Below, piece after piece: positions 34,458 through 42,062 of a DNA stretch of 42,062 bases (its first letter is position 1; every line of letters begins with the position of its first letter). The notes under the pieces were generated by a model that made no database searches, had not been told where the DNA came from, and saw nothing but the letters and a program-made list of their open reading frames with translations. The translations under genes were made by a program, and so were the position numbers. Source of the stretch: a virus (lineage: Duplodnaviria > Caudoviricetes); the IMG/VR virus record IMGVR_UViG_3300049792_000039, positions 1 through 42,062 of that record. One strand, written 5' to 3'.

Positions 34458-35951
34458 ATGCCGTTGAGCGACCCAGGTGCCGTTGTCCTGAAGAACCGGC
34501 TGACCGACCAGCAACAGGCCATCGTTGACGCGGTCCGCGACGGGAGCAGCAAGGTCGTCGCTGAGGCGCTGGCCGGAACAGGCAAGACGTCCACCCTGGT
34601 GGCGCTCGCTGCCATGCAGACCCGACGCCCCGGAATCTATCTCGCGTTCAACAAGAGCGTGCAGATCGAGGCGCAGTCCCGGTTCCCCGACTGGATCCAC
34701 TCGACCACTGCCCACGGTTACGCCTACCAGGCCGTCGGCAAGCAGTACGGTCACCGTCTTCCGGGCAACCAGGCAGCGAGCCGCATGGGAGCCAACGCGA
34801 TGGCCCGGATGATGAAGGTGAAGCCCGCGCTGCTGGACACCGGGACCATCAACCCGGTGCACCTGGTTCGGATGGCACAGGCAACTGTCAACAACTTCCT
34901 GAAATCGGCTAGTGCGGAGATCTGGGGGCAGCACATTCCTGCCCGTTGCTACGCCGACCACAACCCGACTGCCATCGCGGATGCGGTGCTGCCCGTGGCT
35001 AACCGGATCTGGGCTGACCTGCAGTCCAAGGACGGCAAGTTCCGCTTCACCCACGATGCATATTTGAAGATGTGGCAGCTGACCAACCCCCGCCTCCCAT
35101 ACGACTACATCATGTTCGACGAGGCACAGGACGCCGACCCGGTAATCGCCTCGGTGGTGAACGCCCAGGCCAACACCCAGCGGATCTGGGTTGGCGACCG
35201 GCACCAGGCGATCTACGGTTGGCGTGGGGCGGTCGACGCGATGAGCCCTGCGGCGATTCCGGATGCGGTCCGGCTGCCCCTCACCCAATCGTGGCGGTTC
35301 GGTGAGGCGATCGCAGACGAGGCCAACAAATGGCTCCATATGCTCGGCGCGCAGCACATGGTCGAGGGCAACCCCGGTATCAGTTCGACGATCGGCGATG
35401 TGGAGGTCCCGTCGGCCATCTTGTGCCGGGGCAACGGGACCGCACTCGGCTGGGTGTTGAAGTTCCACCAGATCGGGCTTCCGGTTTGTCTGGCCCCCGG
35501 AGACAAGAGCGCAGGCAAGGACATCGAGAAGTTCGCCTGGGCAGCCAAGTCGCTGATGAACGGTGAGGGCACCGACCACCCCGACCTGATCGGCTTCCAG
35601 ACCTGGGACCAGCTGGTCAAGTACGTGGCGGAGGAAGAGGACACCGACGACCTGAAGCGCATGGTCGGGATCATCAACCAGGTCGGCATCAGCGCGGTGA
35701 TCGACGCGGTCCGGGGTTGCACCACCAAGGACAAGGCAGTGGTTTCGGTCGGGACCGCCCACAAGGCTAAGGGGATGGAGTGGTCGACGGTCCGGGTGGC
35801 TGACGACTTCGTCCCGCCGGAGCCGCCCGAGGACGGCAGCCCGGCCGCCCCCGACTACGAGGGCATGATGTTGAACTACGTGACGGTGACTCGTGCGATC
35901 GACCGGATCCAGCTCGGCGCGTTGGCGGAGCCGGGGTTGTGGGACTGCTAG
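34458..35951 (+). CDS. UvrD/Rep-like SF1 helicase
   Basis: ALAGTGKT, YLAFNK, FDEAQD, VGDRHQAIYGWRGA, LTQSWRFG, TAHKAKGMEW, YVTVTRA. Confidence 0.93.
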   Translation: MPLSDPGAVVLKNRLTDQQQAIVDAVRDGSSKVVAEALAGTGKTSTLVALAAMQTRRPGIYLAFNKSVQIEAQSRFPDWIHSTTAHGYAYQAVGKQYGHRLPGNQAASRMGANAMARMMKVKPALLDTGTINPVHLVRMAQATVNNFLKSASAEIWGQHIPARCYADHNPTAIADAVLPVANRIWADLQSKDGKFRFTHDAYLKMWQLTNPRLPYDYIMFDEAQDADPVIASVVNAQANTQRIWVGDRHQAIYGWRGAVDAMSPAAIPDAVRLPLTQSWRFGEAIADEANKWLHMLGAQHMVEGNPGISSTIGDVEVPSAILCRGNGTALGWVLKFHQIGLPVCLAPGDKSAGKDIEKFAWAAKSLMNGEGTDHPDLIGFQTWDQLVKYVAEEEDTDDLKRMVGIINQVGISAVIDAVRGCTTKDKAVVSVGTAHKAKGMEWSTVRVADDFVPPEPPEDGSPAAPDYEGMMLNYVTVTRAIDRIQLGALAEPGLWDC

Positions 35952-36121
35952 AATTAATTCCGCTCGCCTGCGGTCTCGTTGGGGCCGCAGGCATCGGGTG
36001 GTTGGAATGGGACCTCTACCGAGCACGACTGCTGGTAGATTCGGAGATGGGCGGGACACACGATGAGGTCGAGGAGTACCCGCCCAAGCTTTTTGGCGAT
36101 GGGGGTGATGGAGGTGAGTAG
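35939..36121 (+). CDS. Small membrane protein
   Basis: N-terminal hydrophobic helix and acidic tail. Confidence 0.45.
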   Translation: MGLLELIPLACGLVGAAGIGWLEWDLYRARLLVDSEMGGTHDEVEEYPPKLFGDGGDGGE

Positions 36122-36123
36122 TT

Positions 36124-36216
36124 ATGGAGTGGTTGGCGGACAAGGCCATCCTGATCGGTTCGGTGGGTATCAGCCTGCTAGCGGTCGTGTTCAGTTTGAC
36201 GCCCGTGTTCGTCTAA
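36124..36216 (+). CDS. Tiny TM peptide (30 aa)
   Basis: RBS GGAGG; MEWLADKAILIGSVGISLLAVVFSLTPVFV. Confidence 0.5.
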   Translation: MEWLADKAILIGSVGISLLAVVFSLTPVFV

Positions 36217-36309
36217 GCGAGCGCAGGCCAGTCGTCCCGGTCGGTCCGCCGGTCGACCCGTGGGGGGAACACCCGCTGTTCACACGGGAATTCGAGAGGA
36301 GAAGGGACA

Positions 36310-36660
36310 TTGCTGAGGGATCCCGAGGAGGTTGGGGTCGACGGGATGGTGTTCCTCTACCCGCAGACCAAAACGGCCAGCCGGAACGTCCACCGACAGC
36401 TCGCCGTTCGCGTGCTGAAGGACCCCCGGGCGCACTGGCCGATGGTCGTGGTCGGGTGGAAAGAGGAGGGCAAGGACCATTGGGAGCTGGTCCACAAGGA
36501 CAATATCCGCAAACGGAGCACGGCGGCGGCTACGACGAAGGCCGACAAGACAGAGGGCGACACCGTCGGGGCCGGATCCCAGCTGGGTACCAAACGACTC
36601 CGGGTCATGCCCAGCGCCAAGAAGTACGAACCCAGTGAGGAGCAGTTGCCGCTATGGTAG
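36310..36660 (+). CDS. Hypothetical protein
   Basis: RBS GAGGAG; globular-looking N-terminal half. Confidence 0.65.
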   Translation: MLRDPEEVGVDGMVFLYPQTKTASRNVHRQLAVRVLKDPRAHWPMVVVGWKEEGKDHWELVHKDNIRKRSTAAATTKADKTEGDTVGAGSQLGTKRLRVMPSAKKYEPSEEQLPLW

Positions 36661-36824
36661 ACGACGAACCCACCACAGATCCGACCGAGCCACCGCCGGT
36701 TGTGGTGATCAAGGTGGTGTGCAAGGCGTGCGGCCAGGAGCTGCGCAACCTCGGAGCGAAGTACGTCCACACCAAACCGCTGTCAGAGGACGACGAGCAC
36801 GCGCCGGAGCCGGTGCAAGGGTAA
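36654..36824 (+). CDS. Small CxxC...H...H protein (56 aa)
   Basis: MVDDEPTT...VVCKACGQEL..YVH...EHAPEP; RBS GAGGAG. Confidence 0.55.
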   Translation: MVDDEPTTDPTEPPPVVVIKVVCKACGQELRNLGAKYVHTKPLSEDDEHAPEPVQG

Positions 36825-36915
36825 ACGCCAGCTGGTGGGAGTATCCAGCTTCAGTGCTCCCACCAGCCTTGATGGTCGCGTTCATCTTGTACACCGCGTG
36901 GATGGAGGGTTGGAT

Positions 36916-37050
36916 ATGAAGGAGGCCCTGACGCGCTATTTCGCGTGGAGATGCAAGCGGGGGAGCCACGGGCCAAGCCGGGTCCGGTGGGGACTCCGGC
37001 GGAACTGCCAGGAATGCAACCGACTAGCATGGAAGTGGGGATGGTTCTGA
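36916..37050 (+). CDS. Small Cys/His basic peptide
   Basis: MKEALTRYFAWRCKRGSH...CQECNR; RBS GGAGG. Confidence 0.5.
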   Translation: MKEALTRYFAWRCKRGSHGPSRVRWGLRRNCQECNRLAWKWGWF

Positions 37051-37277
37051 TGGGTACACGACCAAGTGGTGGTCGCCCTCCGGGGCGCAGCGGTGGCGCG
37101 GGCACCGGACCGCGTGGACCTGCCAGCGTCGGCGGAACCGGGCGCGGCAGTTCGCACCGAGGAGGCGGGGGCGGCAACTCCGGCTCGGGTTGCGGCAAGA
37201 AGTCCATCGTCGCAATTCCGATGGTGTTGTTCTACGCACTGCCTCGGATGTTCATCGATTTCCTGCGCTCTCGGTGA
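37050..37277 (+). CDS. Gly-rich peptide with a C-terminal hydrophobic helix
   Basis: TGATG overlap; MGTRPSGGRPPG...GCGKKSIVAIPMVLFYALP. Confidence 0.55.
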   Translation: MGTRPSGGRPPGRSGGAGTGPRGPASVGGTGRGSSHRGGGGGNSGSGCGKKSIVAIPMVLFYALPRMFIDFLRSR

Positions 37278-37429
37278 GGGTGATCGCTTGTGTTGGTTGG
37301 TCGGCGCGCGCCCCGTGTCGGGTTCCGTCGTGCGTCGCTTGGTGGTGGCTCGCTGCCCCCACACGGCCACGGAACCGGGACCAGCGGCGCTGGACGTAGG
37401 CTGTCATACCCTCGTGGTAGGCTAGGCTC

Positions 37430-38203
37430 ATGCCGCTAAGCGCTCCAGAGGGGCCGCACCCGTTCAGCCGAGAAATCCTGACGATGGTGCGGGAGTACGA
37501 CGCGAGCCGACCTCGCTCGATGCAGAAACACCTTGGTCCGTCTGAGATTGGGACACCGTGTGACCGGCAGCTCGCCATGAAACTGGCGGGTCTGCCAGAG
37601 GTGAATCAGGTCGCGGATCCTTGGTTCCCGATCGTCGGGTCGGCGGTCCACGTGTTCATGGCCGACATGATCACGTGGTACAACGACGTGTATCTTGGTC
37701 GAGCCCACAACCCTCGCTTCATTGCGGAGAACCGGGTCACGGTCAAGGCCGAGAACGGCGGGTACGACACCGCTGGATCAACTGACGTGTACGATGTGGA
37801 CGAGGAACGGGTGGTCGACTGGAAGATCGTCGGCAACACCACGATGCGGAAAGTCAAAACGGGGACTACACCGTTGGAACGAGTCGGACCGCAATACTAC
37901 GTACAAACCATGACTTACGGCAAGGGGTGGGTGCAGGCCGGATACCGAGTTAAGTCGACCCTCATTGCATTCCTGCCCCGGTCGAACTTCCTGAAGAATA
38001 TGCAGCTGGTCGAGATGCCGTTCGACCCGGCGGCAGCCGATAAGGCGCAAGCGAGGGTGGCAGCGATCGACCAGCTGCGGCAGGTGATCAAGCCGCACGA
38101 CTTCCCCGCTGGGGGCTGCACCGTGTGGTGTCCATTCTACCGGCCAAGTGTGCCGTTGGGTGCGACTTCGTGCCCCGGGCATGGCGATGTTAAGGACGAG
38201 TGA
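37430..38203 (+). CDS. Cas4/RecB-like PD-(D/E)xK exonuclease
   Basis: LGPSEIGTPC, GSAVH, GSTDVYD, VVDWK, Q...YG, CTVWCPFY...C. Confidence 0.88.
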   Translation: MPLSAPEGPHPFSREILTMVREYDASRPRSMQKHLGPSEIGTPCDRQLAMKLAGLPEVNQVADPWFPIVGSAVHVFMADMITWYNDVYLGRAHNPRFIAENRVTVKAENGGYDTAGSTDVYDVDEERVVDWKIVGNTTMRKVKTGTTPLERVGPQYYVQTMTYGKGWVQAGYRVKSTLIAFLPRSNFLKNMQLVEMPFDPAAADKAQARVAAIDQLRQVIKPHDFPAGGCTVWCPFYRPSVPLGATSCPGHGDVKDE

Positions 38204-38204
38204 C

Positions 38205-38408
38205 ATGAAGTTGATGTTGGTAGAGGAGGATGTCGCGCCCGAGATGGCCGAGTCCGAGCCGATGCTTTCGATCTACGACCACAAGGCACGTCAGGCGTTG
38301 ACTAGCATGTTTGCCCCCGGTTTCACCATCGGCCAGCGGCACGTCGTCAACGATGAAGGCAAAGTGTCGGTCGTCTGGGACGTGATCGACGTTCGATCCC
38401 TGGCTTGA
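38205..38408 (+). CDS. Hypothetical protein
   Basis: RBS AAGGACGAG; MKLMLVEED... Confidence 0.6.
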   Translation: MKLMLVEEDVAPEMAESEPMLSIYDHKARQALTSMFAPGFTIGQRHVVNDEGKVSVVWDVIDVRSLA

Positions 38409-38434
38409 CAGCGGGGCAAGTCCCATGATGGGAT
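38405..38434 (+). promoter_or_regulatory. Promoter for the replication genes
   Basis: TTGACA-N18-TGGGAT, similar to the whiB promoter. Confidence 0.55.
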
Positions 38435-38491
38435 AGCAATACCCACCCTCCCGGCCACCCGCCGGGGTTCGCAGGACGAGTAGGAGTAGCA

Positions 38492-39193
38492 ATGCCGTTG
38501 GAAGCCCCACAAACCCAGGGTGACATGCTCTCGCAGGGCGACGTCCTCAACCACATCTTCATCGTGGTGCCGACCGAGTTCATCGAGCACATCCCCACCA
38601 AGAACACCAAGCCGGGGGAGAAGTCACCTGCTATCCGGTTCCACCTGGCGGACTTCACCAGCGACCCGCACAATCCGACGATCTACCGGGACGCGCTGTG
38701 GTTCGGCGTCATCACCAACTCGCTCCGTCGGCAGATCGGCAAGTTCCTCGCGTCGATGATGACGCAGGGTGTCGCCACCAACGGCAACAACCCGCCGTGG
38801 CAGCTGAAGTCCATGCTCGATGACGAGGGCTGGGCGAACTACATGTCGAATTGGCTCGACAACACCCCGGAGGGCCAGGCGTTCCAGCAGGAATGCGCGG
38901 CAGCGGTGGCGATGGCGCAGGCCAACCCCACCACCACCGAGGCGACCCCGGCTCCGGCGGCACCCGCTGCGGCTCCCGCTGCCCCGGCGGCCCCGCCCGC
39001 ACCTCCGACGGTGAGCGCTCCGCCCCCCGCCCCGGTGGCTGCCCCTCCGGCCGCGCCAGCCGCTCCCGCTGCCCCTCCGGCGGCAACCCCGGCTCCGGCC
39101 GGTGACATCCAGGCCATCCTCGCGGCGATGCCGCCCGAACAGCGCGCGGCCGCGATGGCTGTGCTCGGCAACCAGGGACAGGCCGCCCACTAA
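38492..39193 (+). CDS. Probable ssDNA-binding/recombination protein with a Pro/Ala-rich tail
   Basis: Located between the exonuclease and primase; beta-rich N-terminus ending GNNPPWQL; function inferred from context. Confidence 0.5.
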   Translation: MPLEAPQTQGDMLSQGDVLNHIFIVVPTEFIEHIPTKNTKPGEKSPAIRFHLADFTSDPHNPTIYRDALWFGVITNSLRRQIGKFLASMMTQGVATNGNNPPWQLKSMLDDEGWANYMSNWLDNTPEGQAFQQECAAAVAMAQANPTTTEATPAPAAPAAAPAAPAAPPAPPTVSAPPPAPVAAPPAAPAAPAAPPAATPAPAGDIQAILAAMPPEQRAAAMAVLGNQGQAAH

Positions 39194-39304
39194 CTCGATC
39201 CTCCTCGGGGCAACCCGGCCTCCGTCACCAAACCCGGAAAGGGCAGGGACGGAGGCCGCGTTGTCTCCTAAGCACAGCAGCAACACCTGGAGGGCGAGGC
39301 TTGC

Positions 39305-41779
39305 ATGACAATCGAACTGGCCTTGGAATGGGCGGCCTTGGGCTGTCGCGTTCTCCCAGTCAACGGCACCAATAAAAGGCCCCTGGTTAAGGCATGGCAG
39401 GAGGTCTGCACCACCGATGTTGATCAGATCAGACTGTGGTGGACCCAATACCCGCAAGCTCGGGTCGGCATCGCAACCGGCCAGCCGGGGTACGACGTCC
39501 TCGACTTCGACGTGGCAGATGGGAAGCCCGGTCTTGCACAACTTGAGAAGCTCATCGACCTCGGGATCATCGAGCCTGGGACGTTTTGGGTCGCTGCTAC
39601 CCCGTCCGGCGGTCGACACCTGTGGTTTCGTGGCACAGCACAGCGCAATAAACAAAATGACAAGTCCGTACCTGGCGTTGACTTTCGAGGCGTCGGTGGG
39701 ATGGTTTTGGTTCCGGGTAACCCCGGTTATCGCTGGGTCTCGGGACGCAGTACGCTTCCCGATGGCCTTAAGGCTGTCGAATGGGATTCCGTGGTACGAG
39801 CGCTCGTGGAGCCTGTACCAGCGCCGGAGCCCAGTCGAGTTCTGGTTAGTGCCCCAAGGCCAGCAACTCCGGTAGCGTCGTTCGGTAAGCTCTCGGCACC
39901 GTTGCAGTATGGCAACGATCCGGGTGAAGAGTCGCCACTCGACTGGTACGTCCGCAACAACGACCTAAACGACCTGCTCCGGCGGGACGGCTGGACATGG
40001 ATGTACGAACACGGCGGCAGGCAATACTGGTGCCGACCAGGTAAAGAGCCACGCGACGGGGCGTCGGCTAACGTCATGATCAACCCCAACGACGGCCGCC
40101 AGACGCTGATGAACTTCAGCACCAGTGTGGACCTGCCAACGGACCAGGGATTGAGCGCCGCCCAATACTACGCCTACCGGGAACACGGCGGAGACGTCCG
40201 GCAGGCGGCACGAGAGATTCGCCGCACGATGATGCCCCAGCGTCAGCCCGCGAATCGGCAGACGGCAGGGGGCACGACGGCACCGGCGGTATCGTCCGGT
40301 ACTCCCGCAGCCACACGGAGCGCCGAACTGGTCCCAGCGGGGGCGCATACACCCGACCACATCCGGAACTTCTGGGAGGCGCGTCCGGAGCTGCGGGAAG
40401 TGTGGTGGCAGTCCCAGGTCAGCGACACGTCGCCCTGGGCGGTACTGGGGACGATTTTGGCTTGCGTCGCGGGCAGGGTGGGGCCGCATGTGCGGATCCC
40501 ACCGAAAGGTGGAGTCGGAGCGGCAGCGAGCCTGAACATTCTGGTAGCCATCAGTGGCGACTCTGGTGAAGGCAAAGGTGTTTCGGGTCAGGTGGCGAGG
40601 CAGTTCATGGGCGCACCCTACCCGCCCTGGAGGAAACCCGGCACCGGGCAGGGCATCGCTGCGATCTACACCGAACAGACCAAGGAAGGGCCGGTCCAGT
40701 CGAATGATACAGCAATACTCAACGTCACCGAGATCACTCAGCTCGGTGCCCACATGGATCAACGGGGGGCCACGATCACATCGACCCTCCTGGAAGTCTA
40801 CATGGGAGAAGAACTCGGGGAGCATTACGCGAACAAGGAGCTACGCCGTCCGGTGCGAGAAGGCCAGTACCGCCTTGCGCTCGTTGCAGGCGTTCAGCCG
40901 GACAATGCTGGGATCATTTTTGACCATGCAGCAAGCGGCCTTCCTCAGAGGTTTGTATGGATGCCCGCTTATTGGCGGGACGCAGTTTTGCCAGAAGGCC
41001 TACTTGAGCCACCTGCACCGGGGTCCGCTCTCCGCAAGTGGCACGGCTGGTCGCAGATCCATCCGGGGACGCTCGACGAGACGCTCCAGGTCGCGGACGA
41101 CTGGACACCCACCTCTGGACTCGCCTCGCCTGAGAAGGGCAAGAAGAAAGCCGAGCCCGAGGCGGTTCCTGCTCCAAGTAAGGACGAACTCCTGGTTACG
41201 TATTCGCCTCGGGTTGCTCGGGAGATCGGGCTCGACCAGCGGCGGCGGCGCAACGAGATCAAGAGGAAAAAAGACGCTGGGGAGGTCACAGCCGACCCCG
41301 ACTCTCACATCCTGCTCACAAAAATCAAGGTAGCGACGCTGCTGGCGATCTGGCTCAACGGCACCACCCACATCGACGATGGGATGTGGAACCTGGCGGG
41401 GGTGCCCATCTGGATCAGCAACCAGACCCGGATCGAGGCTCACAACCGGATCCTCAGGAAGGGGGCCGATAAGAACGCAGCTCGGGCGCAGGCCATGGTC
41501 GCCCAAAAGGAGATTGTCAACGAAGCGGAGGAACGCAAGCACAAGGCTGTTTACATCAGAGCACTGGATCGGGCGTTGCATTTGCTGGTGACGGCGGGGG
41601 ACTGGCAATCGATCAGTCAGATTCGCAAGCGCATGTCCGGTGACGAGAAAAAAGCCATGAAGATGGCGGAGGTCGACCTGGCTGACGTGCTGGGTGACCT
41701 GGAGATAGCCCACAAAGTCGAGAGCAGAGAACCCGAAGGGACCGAGCAGGGTGGCAGATTCAGAGCAGTGGCCGTTTAG
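39305..41779 (+). CDS. Bifunctional DNA primase/polymerase (Prim-Pol) fused to a helicase-like domain
   Basis: VLPV..KRPLVKAWQ, ARVGIATG, VLDFD, TPSGGRHLWF, GVDFRGVGGMV; C-terminal Walker A GDSGEGKG, SGLPQRF. Confidence 0.9.
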   Translation: MTIELALEWAALGCRVLPVNGTNKRPLVKAWQEVCTTDVDQIRLWWTQYPQARVGIATGQPGYDVLDFDVADGKPGLAQLEKLIDLGIIEPGTFWVAATPSGGRHLWFRGTAQRNKQNDKSVPGVDFRGVGGMVLVPGNPGYRWVSGRSTLPDGLKAVEWDSVVRALVEPVPAPEPSRVLVSAPRPATPVASFGKLSAPLQYGNDPGEESPLDWYVRNNDLNDLLRRDGWTWMYEHGGRQYWCRPGKEPRDGASANVMINPNDGRQTLMNFSTSVDLPTDQGLSAAQYYAYREHGGDVRQAAREIRRTMMPQRQPANRQTAGGTTAPAVSSGTPAATRSAELVPAGAHTPDHIRNFWEARPELREVWWQSQVSDTSPWAVLGTILACVAGRVGPHVRIPPKGGVGAAASLNILVAISGDSGEGKGVSGQVARQFMGAPYPPWRKPGTGQGIAAIYTEQTKEGPVQSNDTAILNVTEITQLGAHMDQRGATITSTLLEVYMGEELGEHYANKELRRPVREGQYRLALVAGVQPDNAGIIFDHAASGLPQRFVWMPAYWRDAVLPEGLLEPPAPGSALRKWHGWSQIHPGTLDETLQVADDWTPTSGLASPEKGKKKAEPEAVPAPSKDELLVTYSPRVAREIGLDQRRRRNEIKRKKDAGEVTADPDSHILLTKIKVATLLAIWLNGTTHIDDGMWNLAGVPIWISNQTRIEAHNRILRKGADKNAARAQAMVAQKEIVNEAEERKHKAVYIRALDRALHLLVTAGDWQSISQIRKRMSGDEKKAMKMAEVDLADVLGDLEIAHKVESREPEGTEQGGRFRAVAV

Positions 41780-42038
41780 CCTAGACAATGAGAATGACCT
41801 GATCATGGTTCGCACGATCAGCGGACGGGTCGTGAAAGCTGGGGACTTGGCAGATGGGTACCGTCGCCTCGACCAGGTTCTACATGTAGTCCCCGCCGAC
41901 CAGCCTGGCGCTGTCGGCCATGCCGTCGAAGTCGCCCGCTGGAGAGACGATGACGACAACCGGGAGCTAGAAATCGAGGTTATCCGCTGGGAGGCTGTGG
42001 AGAGCATCGTGTGGAGAGATCCGAAACGCAAACGGTAG
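41751..42038 (+). CDS. Hypothetical protein
   Basis: Overlaps the end of the primase gene; start uncertain. Confidence 0.55.
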   Translation: MADSEQWPFSLDNENDLIMVRTISGRVVKAGDLADGYRRLDQVLHVVPADQPGAVGHAVEVARWRDDDDNRELEIEVIRWEAVESIVWRDPKRKR

Positions 42039-42044
42039 TAGTGT

Positions 42045-42059
42045 GGGAGGGTGGGCGGG
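42045..42059 (+). other. Canonical G-quadruplex motif
   Basis: GGG-A-GGG-T-GGG-C-GGG at the contig end. Confidence 0.7.
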
Positions 42060-42062
42060 CTC

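Larger units (their letters stand above)
1..42062. mobile_element. Near-complete actinobacteriophage (siphovirus) genome, circularly permuted; no integrase recognised
   Basis: Full set of packaging, head, tail, lysis and replication modules; WhiB and high GC point to an actinobacterial host; no flanking host housekeeping genes. Confidence 0.93.

Noticed and set aside
37430-38203. Cas4 as part of a CRISPR-Cas system
   Set aside because: Solo Cas4/RecB-like nucleases are common phage recombination genes; no array or other cas genes are present
1-42062. tRNA/rRNA genes, DatZ, DpoZ, ParA/ParB
   Set aside because: No cloverleaf, HD motif protein, family A polymerase or ParA/ParB motifs recognised by eye; an HMM or tRNAscan search is needed to confirm absence

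Overview
The window looks like an essentially complete, circularly permuted ~42 kb high-GC siphovirus genome of an actinobacteriophage. The host is probably a filamentous, sporulating actinomycete such as Micromonosporaceae; that is inference. Bases 251-22019 carry HNH/EndoVII, terminase, an HK97-type head, tail and lysis genes. A glycosyltransferase / CmcI methyltransferase / glycosyltransferase cassette is inserted into the head module, and a secreted neprosin-like glutamic peptidase gene follows the lysis genes. The centre holds WhiB, an array of small genes each with its own repeated promoter-hairpin-RBS module, and a 2-aminoadenine (Z) biosynthesis cluster. That cluster comprises PurZ0, a phage-encoded PurB, a DUF1599-like protein and an NDT-dUTPase fusion, with no recognisable DatZ or DpoZ. 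The right arm has an SF1 helicase, a Cas4-like nuclease and a Prim-Pol/helicase. I could not recognise an integrase, parA/parB or a stand-alone DNA polymerase. The most striking non-coding signals are three perfect actinobacterial parS sites, a ~110-bp cluster of host-regulator-like operators (BldD-, CRP- and LacI-like), and further BldD-like boxes ahead of the late operon. Together these suggest a phi29-like strategy of sensing host development and hitch-hiking into spores. All calls come from motif recognition by eye; no database searches were run.
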